Shown in pieces: positions 24,611 to 35,267 of a DNA stretch of 64,000 nt. The translations under genes and the position numbers were made by a program. The stretch comes from Oopsacas minuta (lineage: Eukaryota > Animalia > Porifera). Numbering within the stretch: the stretch's first letter is position 1; each line of letters opens with the position of its first letter. The stretch covers positions 782,400 through 846,399 of the forward strand of contig JAKMXF010000310.1 in the NCBI GenBank assembly GCA_024704765.1, read 5' to 3'. The notes under the pieces are model-generated. The model saw only the letters and a program-made list of their open reading frames with translations. It was not told the DNA's origin and made no database searches.

Positions 24611-25822
24611 GCTTACACCTTATATTAACATTACCTCCGGCCAGTCCGAGCCGAGTAACTTGTGTTCCGATCAACAGGGGTACAGTAAGGTTATAGGAAT
24701 CGTCATCAAGATCGTCTGCAAACACAGATGAAGTAGGCCTTAGGATCGTTTGGAGATCGTCCGTATCAGTGTCGTCTGCTGGCGTGTCCTCCTGTTCCTG
24801 AGAGGGAGTTAAAGATGGGTAGGTACTGATATCGTGGGGAGAGCAAGGCTGTGGTAGAGCAATATCAGTGAGTGTGGCGCTCGCTGCAGTATCTATTTCA
24901 CCAGTAGGTTCCTGTAGAGAAAGAGAAGAAAATAACATAGGGCTGGGTGGTGGTGTATGCGGAGTATGAGCATACTCGGTAACCTGTCTGGTAGCTAACG
25001 CATGTTCCAGCTGGTCATCATCATCAAGGGTGTTAAGTACCTTGCATGGCAGTAGCATATCCACACTGAGATCCGGTGGTGTTCTCTCAAAGTGTACAAA
25101 GAAGGGTGTCGCCTTAATACCCGAGTGGTATGCGTTATTCTTACTATACTGAACAAATTGTAACTCACTTTCCCACTCATTGGTCTCTTTACCCGCATCC
25201 ATGAGACGGGCGAATAATCGCTTCTTGAAATCACCATTAGCTCGATCCACACTTCCCTGGTCTTGTCAGTGTCTTAGCCTCCCCTGCACAAGGTGTGTAC
25301 CTGTCCAGAGTCTCTGTATGGCAGTGAATAGATGCTTGTTAACGAACTCCCTCCCATTATCCGTGTACAAGATGTGTGGCGGCTACCTCTACCGCTCGCT
25401 ATGATAGGTCTGTGGATGACTTTCAGTGTAGATTACCTGCCCTTATTGGCTTGGTAAATGGCGCAGAGGCGTACGAAGAGGACAATTACTGCACGAAGCA
25501 CGTGATAGTTGTGGCTCATGAGTATATCCTGTCACGTCCCCCATGACTGAGCTCGTGATGTGCGGCCACTAACGTATCCCACAGGTTTTCCTTGCCACTA
25601 CGCGTAACTTGCTTCGTGTAGTCCGCCGGATTTCACCCCTTTCACGTACAGGACATTTACACCCTTAAACTCCTCCACAGAATGGCGCAATTTTGTCCTT
25701 CCCCAATTGGGATCGTTGGTGTTGCAGCCATCCTCTCTGTAGCTCTCTATGATCCATTTCTCTACTCTCTCCCCACCAAATGTAAATAGATTGAGCTACT
25801 AAAGCTCTGCTTCGAAAATTTC
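24597..25822 (-). mobile_element. Ginger/KRBA2-type integrase remnant, copy B (inverted relative to A)
   Basis: ENLWDTLVAAHHELSHGGRDRI (integrase HH motif, about 25520-25590 minus), the same integrase core as copy A, and an acidic C-terminal tail in ORF 24597-25250. Confidence 0.75.
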
Positions 25823-26268
25823 TTTAATATTTGATGAAAGGAAAAGTGCACATATCCACTTCCTCTTATCCAGTTGATTATACGTGTACAGTTTTAAAGT
25901 AATAGATAAGTAAAAACTTAGTTTTTGCTAATTTTGCATTATTTTACTTAAACTTCGCCAATACTTAGTTTTTACCAAGGTTGAAACCGATCGAACCAAA
26001 TATCACTATTCATGAATAGTAACGTAACTATACTAATATTATTCGGTTTGTCCCAACCGAATACAGAATATTGATATTCAGTTACCACCGAATATTGAAC
26101 TAAAATTAAGATTTTACTTAGTTTCGAGTTATTTTAAGTTAAAGTTAAGTATTTTAGTGAATAAGACCCCAGGCATCATCTTTAGTAGCCTATGACTGAG
26201 GTAATAATGGATTTAATTAGGCCCTATAAACTTTTATCAAGATCAAGAGTTTCTCTTCCGAAAATATA

Positions 26269-26512
26269 CACTCCCTGGCCAAAAGTATTGGAACACCAGA
26301 CCACTAATGACACATGTGGCATATGTAACTTTGCGAGGATATATGTATTGAATTTGTCTGTGGATATATCAGAAAAGGCGATTGTAATGATAAAATTATG
26401 GTAGAATTAAGTTCATAAATGTTTGAAACTATCTTTAGCCTATACAACTAAAGTATAATGCATATTTGTGTCAATTGTGACCTAGTGTTCCAATACTTTT
26501 GGCCAGGGAGTG
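26269..26512. mobile_element. Tc1-type MITE
   Basis: Perfect 28-bp TIR CACTCCCTGGCCAAAAGTATTGGAACAC, TA TSD. Confidence 0.9.
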
Positions 26513-26706
26513 TAGGTGTTTGAGATGATTAATATTCAAAGGCCTTGGTGGGTACTGAAATGGTACATCTTATCAGGAATATATTTTAATCGCGTGGGTA
26601 TTACGGGAGTAACAGTGAATAGCTAGAATTATGTCTATGATTCACTCATACATTGTATACCTACTTTCACAGTTCTGCTAATACTATTTTCTACATTTAA
26701 TAGTCA

Positions 26707-27740
26707 ATGTTAGGTTTATCTAACTATCGTAAAGATTTTCTGTACAGAGCATTAAGACCAGATGAAGATCTTTATAAGGATATTGTATGTAAAGATCGTA
26801 ATTCAAATCGCAGTATTGAAGAACATGTGGAAGACGGACTTGAGTTTCCCTCAAGATTTATAACAATAACTGCTAGTTTTACAAAGGCAAAACATTGGTT
26901 AAACAAATCTATCATACTCCAACAACATCTCCTAATCACCCTAGTAGAATTAGAATAATTAAAATCGATGTCAAAATACTCAAGGACAAATATCCCCAAG
27001 TAGTTAATAATGCTTACAACTTTACTAATTACGAGGTTAGAGGCAAGTTTCTTAAATCAATAACACCTCGCACTTTTGCTATGCCCAATCGAGAGGTTGT
27101 CTTTCAGAATTCCATCTCTTATTGTGCCATCTCTGATATCTATGTATTAAGCAATGGATGGATTGGGACTGCTCCTCCGAAGAAACTTCCTGCTCCAATC
27201 CCTACACATGTACCTTCAACTCCAGTAATTAACCCGATCACTATTCCTACAACTGCTACTCTTAATCCTTCTGCTTTGGCCACTACACTCATTTCTATAC
27301 CTGTACCCACAACTCCAGTTATCGACTCAATCATTGTTCCCAAAACTGATTCTCATATTCCTTCTGCTTTGGTCACTATACCCATTTCTATACCTGTATC
27401 CACATCTCCAGTAATCAACCCTCTTATTAATCCTATACCTGATACTCCTGTTATACAGACTACCTCACCTAGCTCTACGCCTGAATCCTTTTATTCCAGT
27501 ATTTCTACAGTAGATAGAACATTTGATTTTCCTACTCATTCAGATTCATTTATCTCCTCACTTGATATTCCAGCTAACACATTTGAGAACACAACTCTTC
27601 CATCTGTTACAGGTTTAGTAGGAGAGACATGGACAGTTAAACGCAGTCTCTTTGATGGAGACGCAGAATCTGAGAATGATGCTAAGCGTATTTGTATAGA
27701 AGAGGATGAATACAAGGTATCCTATTATATGTATTATTAG
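26707..27740 (+). pseudogene. ADP-ribosyltransferase-like paralog 1, frameshifted
   Basis: ORFs 26707-26958 and 26895-27740 together align with 29288-31142: FLYRALRPDED...SIEEHVEDG...RFITIT / NREVVF. About 4 nt (TTCA) are missing at about 26911 relative to paralog 2. Confidence 0.75.
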
Positions 27741-28456
27741 ATCTATATTGTTGTCTGTTTGTCTGTTGTCAACGAAAAGTTATAGCATGTCATTTTAAAT
27801 TCAATTTCGTGTTCCTAATTATCTTGTTGATGGAGTGAGTATAAATTTTAATACCAATTGGCTAAATATGATCCTCAATTATCACATTTTTGGAATACTT
27901 TAACTCAATGGTTTGTTTATTTGTTTGTCTCGATTTGAGTGGCCACAGGCCAACTTACACTTTCGCCTGCTAACAATCCCTTTGCACAGTCTTGGTTAGT
28001 ATTATAATATCGGTAATATAATTGTTGTTTTTATGATATAAAGAATTTATTTAATTATGTTCAACGGAATGCAACGGCTCAAAGACATTAGACATAGTCT
28101 GGTATAATAATACAAGGATTTCAATTGAGGAGCTTATTGTTTTTCTATTTTTAGATCTCATCAGTGGAATCTCCCTATTAATGATAGTTGGATTATTTAG
28201 ATTTTCTATTAACTAATGAGAATGCTGTAAAGTTAACATATATACTTAGACGTATACTACGCTACATTGTACGCCAGGACCTCAGATTCTTTCATTTCTT
28301 TGTTATTCCAGGAAATCACTCAATAATTAGTTTTCTTATTGTATAATTGATCTTCTGAGTTTTGAATCATTTGTTTTTGGTGTGATGTTGTTTTCTATCA
28401 AGATTATCAATCTCTATTTCCTAATATTTGTTAACCAAAGTCCTCACAAGTATCTA

Positions 28457-28607
28457 CAGTGTAACCTGGTTAATAGGAACACGGTCAATACGAATTTCCG
28501 GTTAATGACGAGAAAATATTTACCCAAATTCAGAGATTGGAATTACTCCTGATAAAGCGAACATAATTTAACCGTCTGTTGGTGTTCTTATTAACGAGGT
28601 TGCACTG
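28457..28607. mobile_element. Tc1/pogo-type MITE
   Basis: TA|CAGTGTAACCTGGTTAATAGGAACAC...GTGTTCTTATTAACGAGGTTGCACTG|TA. Confidence 0.75.
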
Positions 28608-29287
28608 TATGTCCATTCAATTGATTTTGACAATAGTTGGTATGCTCTGTAACTGTAAGATTTGAAAAACAAAATTTGACATTATTTTGATGTTTTTAAC
28701 TGTTAACGGAAGATAATTGCCTACTGCTTTTACAATCAAATTATTATTCGGAACAAAATTAATTGAAGCAAAATCGTAAAAATGGATCAACATTTACTGT
28801 ACTAAAGCTATGTACACATTTATTGAATAATAAATAATCCATGCAAATTATGGAACACCGATTTAAAGTAAAGGTTATGTCTAATGCGCGTATACCGTAA
28901 AATTTATTCATTAATTGAACAGAAACAAATAATTAATTAAGGTTCAGAATATAGGTATAATAACTCTCGACAACAGGGTAATGCTGTTAACAGCTACAAT
29001 TTCCGTGTGCCGTTAACGGCAATGCTGATACCACCCCTACTTTTAAGTCAAACTATAATAATGTGTCTAGAGGTATAGTCAGCTAGTCTATGGTAATCTA
29101 GTGACTTTGGATGAAACACATATTAGTGATTCCTTCTGACGGCTAGTAGAGTATTTTGGTCTCGTGTGGGGCTTCACAATAACCGTCCTGACTCATTAAG
29201 ATTAATGTACGTGCCGTTGTCGGCACTGTAGCCACAACCATAATTATACGTATTAATCGATGGCATTTTCTACATTTCATAGTCACC

Positions 29288-31075
29288 ATGTTAGGTTTAT
29301 CTACATTTGACGAAGATTTTCTGTACAGAGCACTAAGACCAGATGAAGATCCTTATAAGGAAATCGTTTGTAAAGATCGTTATTCAAATCGCAGTATAGA
29401 AGAACATGTGGAAGATGGTCTTAAGATTCCCTCAAAATTTATATCAACAACTGCTAGTTTTACTAAGGCAAAAGAATGGTTGAATACATCTTTCAATCAT
29501 ACTCCATCTAAATATTCTCACCATCCACGTAGGACTACTATAATTAAAATCGATGTCGACTATATCAAGAGAGGATTTCCCCATCTTGTTAATTCTGCTT
29601 ACAACTTCACTGATGAAGAGGTTAGAGACAAGTTTCTTAACTTAAATATAACCAAGAATTATGCCAGAGCTTATCAAGAGGTTGTTTTCCAGAGACCTCT
29701 CCCTTTACAGTCTATATGTGATATTTATGTAAATGGCAAGGGATGGATTGGAATTGATCCTCCAAAGAATGATTCTGTTCCAATTCCTTCCATCCATCCC
29801 CCTGTATCTTCAAAACCAGAAATTAAACCTGTGATCGTTCCTATAGCTGCTCTACCTGATACTCCTGTTAATTTTGATATTACGCCAGTCTCTACACCTG
29901 CATTCGCATCTCAAATAATCGACCCTCTCATTAGTCCTAGAACTGCTTATCCTCTTCGTTCTGTTATGCCAACTACACCAATATCTACACCTTCATCCAC
30001 ACCACCAGTACTCAAACCTCTCATTAGTCCTAGAACTGCTTATCCTCTTCGTTCTGTTATGCCAACTACACCAATATCTACACCTTCATCCACACCACCA
30101 GTACTCAAACCTCTCATTAGTCCTAGAACTGCTCATCCTCTTCGTTCTGTTATGCCAACTACACCAATATCTACACCTTCATCCACACCACCAGTACTCA
30201 AACCGCTCATTAGTCCTAGAACTGCTTATCCTCTTCGTTCTGTTATGCCAACTACACCAATATCTACACCTTCATCCACACCACCAGTACTCAAACCTCT
30301 CATTAGTCCTAGAACTGCTCATCCTCTTCGTTCTGTTATGCCAACTACACCAATATCTACACCTTCATCCACACCACCAGTACTCAAACCGCTCATTAGT
30401 CCTAGAACTGCTTATCCTCTTCGTTCTGTTATGCCAACTACACCGATATCTACACCTTCATCCACACCACCAGTACTCAAACCGCTCATTAGTCCTAGAA
30501 CTGCTTATCCTCTTCGTTCTGTTATGCCAACTACACCAATATCTACACCTTCATCCACACCACCAGTACTCAAACCTCTCATTAGTCCTAGAACTGCTTA
30601 TCCTCTTCGTTCTGTTATGCCAACTACACCAATATCTACACCTTCATCCACACCACCAGTACTCAAACCGCTCATTAGTCCTAGAACTGCTTATCCTCTT
30701 CGTTCTGTTATGCCAACTACACCAATATCTACACCTTCATCCACACCACCAGTACTCAAACCTCTCATTAGTCCTAGAACTGCTTATCCTCTTCGTTCTG
30801 TTATGCCAACTACACCAATATCTACACCTTCATCCACACCACCAGTACTCGACCCTCTCATTAGTCCTAGAACTACTAAACATGTTACTGCACCTACCTT
30901 TTCACCTGTATATAGTAATTCCAGTATTTCTCCAGTAGATAGAACATTTGATATTTCTACCGATTCAGATTCATTTGCCTCTTCAGTTTTTATTCCGCCT
31001 AACTCAATTACAGAGAACACAACTTTCCCAGCTACTACAAGGTTTAGTAAGAGAGACAAGGACAGTAAAGCGTAG
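29288..31075 (+). CDS. RSE-clade (cholera/pertussis/pierisin-like) ADP-ribosyltransferase-like domain plus Ser/Thr/Pro-rich repeat stalk, paralog 2
   Basis: LYR (beta1 Arg), EEH (His as in CT/PT), FISTT (STS-type motif), YQEVVF (catalytic Glu) within the first 150 aa; no signal peptide. The conserved tail is shifted out of frame at about 31040 and continues to 31142. Confidence 0.7.
   Translation: MLGLSTFDEDFLYRALRPDEDPYKEIVCKDRYSNRSIEEHVEDGLKIPSKFISTTASFTKAKEWLNTSFNHTPSKYSHHPRRTTIIKIDVDYIKRGFPHLVNSAYNFTDEEVRDKFLNLNITKNYARAYQEVVFQRPLPLQSICDIYVNGKGWIGIDPPKNDSVPIPSIHPPVSSKPEIKPVIVPIAALPDTPVNFDITPVSTPAFASQIIDPLISPRTAYPLRSVMPTTPISTPSSTPPVLKPLISPRTAYPLRSVMPTTPISTPSSTPPVLKPLISPRTAHPLRSVMPTTPISTPSSTPPVLKPLISPRTAYPLRSVMPTTPISTPSSTPPVLKPLISPRTAHPLRSVMPTTPISTPSSTPPVLKPLISPRTAYPLRSVMPTTPISTPSSTPPVLKPLISPRTAYPLRSVMPTTPISTPSSTPPVLKPLISPRTAYPLRSVMPTTPISTPSSTPPVLKPLISPRTAYPLRSVMPTTPISTPSSTPPVLKPLISPRTAYPLRSVMPTTPISTPSSTPPVLDPLISPRTTKHVTAPTFSPVYSNSSISPVDRTFDISTDSDSFASSVFIPPNSITENTTFPATTRFSKRDKDSKA
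29921..30875 (+). repeat. 93-bp coding tandem repeat, 10 copies plus partial (PLISPRTAYPLRSVMPTTPISTPSSTPPVLK)
   Basis: GACCCTCTCATTAG at 29921 recurs at 30851 (930 bp = 10 x 93); copies are nearly identical. Confidence 0.97.
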
Positions 31076-32091
31076 ATTATTTGATGGAAACTCAGAATCT
31101 GAGAATGATGCTAAGCGTAATTGTGTAGAAGAGAATATCTGATATATTGCAAGTAATTTGCAAATAAAACCATTCTTAATTAGAGTAAAACTCTTTAATA
31201 GTTATTATTAATTTTATGTATACAATTTTGAATTCTAATTCTGTTTTTTATACACATTAGTATGTTTTGTTGTTGTTGTTGTTGTTGTTTTACAGTCATC
31301 TTTTATTATATTTCCTTCAAACAATTCATACCAAATCTGTACTCAGAATGTTTATGATAATGTCTCTTGGGTTTTTCAGAATTTTGAATTTGTATAATAA
31401 ACACCTATTTACCTTGGAAATTGAAATGTCAATATTGTTAATTAAAATATGAATCACTTTTGTGCAATTCTCGTGGCTCATCATTGAATGTATTGCACAC
31501 AACGGCATTAACTTGAGACTGTAATCTGATTAGCCGAGAAGTGTACTGAAAATGCTATTATCAGTTTATCACACCTATTTTAAACCATATTTTACACACA
31601 TTTTGAGTGAAATTCAAATTAATGCTACAGAGTTGCTTCCAACGGCTAAACTAGGGTTATATATTTGCTGATTTCAGATTTATCATTATACATGTCTATG
31701 GCCTACTTAATACACGACCGTGTATGTCACCGAGTAGGCGATTTCATTTTACTATTTTAAAACAAAAAACAAATTAAAGCTTTTAACATTTGCTAATTAA
31801 ACTTTCTAGGGATTTCCGTATATGAGGAGTTCATTGAGACTACTTAGCAAGTTCTTACGACTATCTTACATATCGTTTAGTCTATTTTGAAAATTATGAC
31901 ATTAATCTATATTATTAAATTGTTACTTTTGTCTGTCTGTCTATTTGTCCGTTGTCAAGCGAAGGATTTATGGAATGTTGTATAGAATTCGAATTTCTCA
32001 ATTCTGAGATGTCGCATAACTACCAGCATTGCCGTTAAATTTTTGTGATCACCAAGAAAGTAAACATAGTTCAATAAAACTTTACTAAATA

Positions 32092-32258
32092 CAATAGATT
32101 CTCGTTAATACGTACATCAGGGGGACTGCTAAAATTCATACTCCTTATCCGGAGTACTTATTATCCGAACTAATTTACATTGAAAGGGCATCGAAGGGGA
32201 CTGATAAAGTGTACAAATTTGTACTCCTTAACCTGTTCGTATTAACGAGACTCTACTG
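32092..32258. mobile_element. pogo/Tigger-type MITE
   Basis: TA|CAATAGATTCTCGTTAATACGTAC...GTTCGTATTAACGAGACTCTACTG|TA; relatives at about 58290-58372 and 62175-62306. Confidence 0.7.
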
Positions 32259-32635
32259 TATATCGAATATGCTAAATCCAAATGTCACACTTTTGAATTA
32301 ATCATATGTAAATTTATTCATTGTTTTTATGAATATAAAGTAAACAAATAGTTGAAATCACATTTCGTGAATTTAATGATCAACCTAGGACAACAGCTGT
32401 TAGTCTGTTACATTGCTGTAGTTTTCAGAATTCATTCCTCAATTATTTAAAGTTTACACTGATGATTTAATTAATCTATCCAAGATGAGTTGGACGTTTA
32501 TAGTTTTTCCTGTTCCTTATTCAACATGAATAATGGTTAGAGTGATTAGATAATTATCAGTATGGTTAGATGTTTCAAAATTATCTATTTAATGGGTTGG
32601 AAATTCCATTAATTTATTTAGCTGTATTCATCTTG

Positions 32636-33034
32636 ATGGAGACTTTAATCAAGCTATCTAAACCTACCATTCTGATTTCTGGTGTCATGCTATTAGCATA
32701 TGCCAGCATGAAAATAGTAACCCCAACATCAGATTTCACATCTACGATGTCTGTCGAAGAGAAGAGAGCAAGAGAAATACACACTGCACAAATGATGCGG
32801 TATCTCGAGGCGAATGCTAGATCTGATAATCCGATCTGGAAAGTCCCACCTCCACCTAGGATGCCAACTTTTGCTCCTAAAGAAGATGTCCATCCTAAAG
32901 CACAACTAGAATTAAATGAGAGGAATAAAGAACTAAAGAAGCGGAGTGATGAGAGCAAGAAGAGGAGAAGTATTAGACATAGCTCCAGCTCTGATAAAAT
33001 GATGAAAGATATTGAAGCAACCAAATTAGACTGA
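32636..33034 (+). CDS. UQCC3: UQCC3/Cbp4-like complex III assembly factor
   Basis: N-terminal TM segment ending YASMKIVTPT, then helical QMMRYLEANARSDNPIWKV; matches the remembered Cbp4/UQCC3 pattern (Y..TP...SKSD.PIW). Start placed at ATG 32636. Confidence 0.55.
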   Translation: METLIKLSKPTILISGVMLLAYASMKIVTPTSDFTSTMSVEEKRAREIHTAQMMRYLEANARSDNPIWKVPPPPRMPTFAPKEDVHPKAQLELNERNKELKKRSDESKKRRSIRHSSSSDKMMKDIEATKLD

Positions 33035-34129
33035 TTTATATTAAGTTTTCATTGTTATTAAAATATAGTGAATATTAAATGGGAATAATTTTATTAGAAT
33101 TATATGTACTCAAATCCATTATATACAGGAAGTTCGATTGAAGAGAATTGGCGTGTAGTCCTTGTAGGTATAATTATATATTTTTAATTGAAAATTTTTA
33201 TTTGTGCCCCCCACAGGAGGGTACAGTTTTAAATACAACGGAGTCCGTGCCCCTTGGCCCCCTCTTGTCGCCGCCTCTGCTTTCCAAAGTTCAATTGTAC
33301 ACTGGTCATCAAAAGTAACTTGCATATTCTTATGGAATATTAATGAGTTATGTGATGAATCAATTTGTAGCACCATTAGGTTTCTCTTAGATAGTTGTGT
33401 TAATCGAAATAATTGAACTATGATATGTACTGAGTATATTTATCTCAATTTTCATCAAATAGAATAAAATTGAAATTGGATAAAAGTACTTGTACTTGTA
33501 CTTAAGTACTTTCAAAAGTACTTGAACCTAACCTTGGCCCGTAGAAAGCAGTTTCTATTGGTTAGGTTGGCCTATACAAAAATATATAGAGGCACCATTT
33601 CGGTTGAAACCTGACCAAACCGGACCATCTCCTACGGACATGGGAAAGATGAATCATCCAATTTGGTTAGCTTTTTAGAGATCTAATTCTAATTTCACAG
33701 AGAGACAACTATATTCTGAATTATCAAGTTAATGGGAAATTTGTTTCTAGAATATGGAACAGATCAACCCATGGGTTAAATTTAGTAGGCCATAGTTCGT
33801 CTGTTTAAACAGATTAACAGTGGTCCCTTAAATATTGCGAAACAAAAATTATAGCTCAACAAATGTCACGAATCTATGAAATTTTTAGATTAAATTCCAG
33901 ATAATATATTAAGATTACAAATTGCAAAATCGAATCAATAAATTAATATTTCAACCATTTGTTTACTTTATATTCATAAAAACAACAAAGAAATAACATA
34001 AGAGAAACTTGAAATTCGAAATTCGGAATCAGCGTACTTGATTACCCCTATATTGATGGTGGAACAAACTAAGTACGCTGAGTCCGAATATGATATTGGT
34101 CTTACAAAATATTTCAATAGTATATATGC

Positions 34130-34385
34130 CATATAGCATATTTGTGAATTACATTATCCTAAATATATCGATATTATAATACTCAAAGGGGGCGTCAATT
34201 CGGATAATAATGGATACCTCGAGGCGCAATGAGCCAAAGGTTTCCTGGTTTTGAAAGATACTTTTACATTATATTTACTTATATAAGGCTATGTAAAATT
34301 ATACTTGTTTCTTATCCGGAATTATTTCGGAAACTGCCACGGCAGGCGGTATTTTTTTATTTTGTAGGTCAGTTAATATATACAG
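34130..34385. repeat. About 255-bp dispersed repeat, inverted copy at 41287-41541
   Basis: TGTGAATTACATTATCCTAAATATAT...GGATAATAATGGATACCTCGAGGCG...TTATTTCGGAAACTGCCAC is the reverse complement of 41287-41541. Confidence 0.8.
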
Positions 34386-35267
34386 TATTTTTACCATTCG
34401 ATTATCTCGCTACATTCTCTCTGGGCATTAATAATATTGAATTTTTCAACTATACAACTCGTAAAATGTGGATTACACACTCTTTAACCAAAGAATTAGC
34501 CATAAATTGAGAAAAAATACAAATATACTCTTTCTTGTCGGGGATGAGAAACAAGTATATTAACTTGCATGACCTAATGTCGATGTATTTGAAATTTTCA
34601 CTTTTAGCTACAAAACATCATTGAGTGTATTATAGAATACTTGCAGCAGTTAACCAGTTAACCTGTAATATTGGAAAGGTTTTAACTACGCCCTTGATTC
34701 TGTTAACCAACCCATGCCCTGTGCCATTACACAAAATTTTACACTTCCCAAACAGTTGCAAAACTTCGTTTAATTGTTCCCGGAACTTTATCAGTGTCTC
34801 AATGATGCTATATTTCTTATCATACCAGCTCATCGTCATTTAATCCTTTACTAGTAATAACTATCTGATGAACAGTAAAACCTCCATTAGGGAGCACCTC
34901 CGCTTAGGGGACACTTTTTTAAGTCCCGATTTTCTCCTATTCTTTAACATTGATACCTATGGTGAACAGGGAACACTCTTTTGTGTCCCAAATATCACTT
35001 AACCATTGTATATCGATGAAATTTTCAAACCCGATAGACTTAAGGACTCCATGAAAGTTGAATCTACGAAAATGGATACTGTACATTCAATTATCATAAA
35101 TAATATTATGGGATTCAATTACAATTTTTCTAGATTAACGCGAAAACACAAAAAATAATGATTTGAAAATTGGTTATTTTGATTCCACAGTATAAACATC
35201 AGACAACAATTACGATTTTTCTTTGAGTTACATACGTAGTACATAGTCAACTAGCAAACGAATAAGA

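Noticed and set aside
26707-31142. Recent bacterial horizontal transfer or contamination as origin of the ART-like genes
   Set aside because: Base composition matches host genes, flanks contain host MITEs, and there is no operon or immunity gene. An ancient transfer cannot be judged without a phylogeny.
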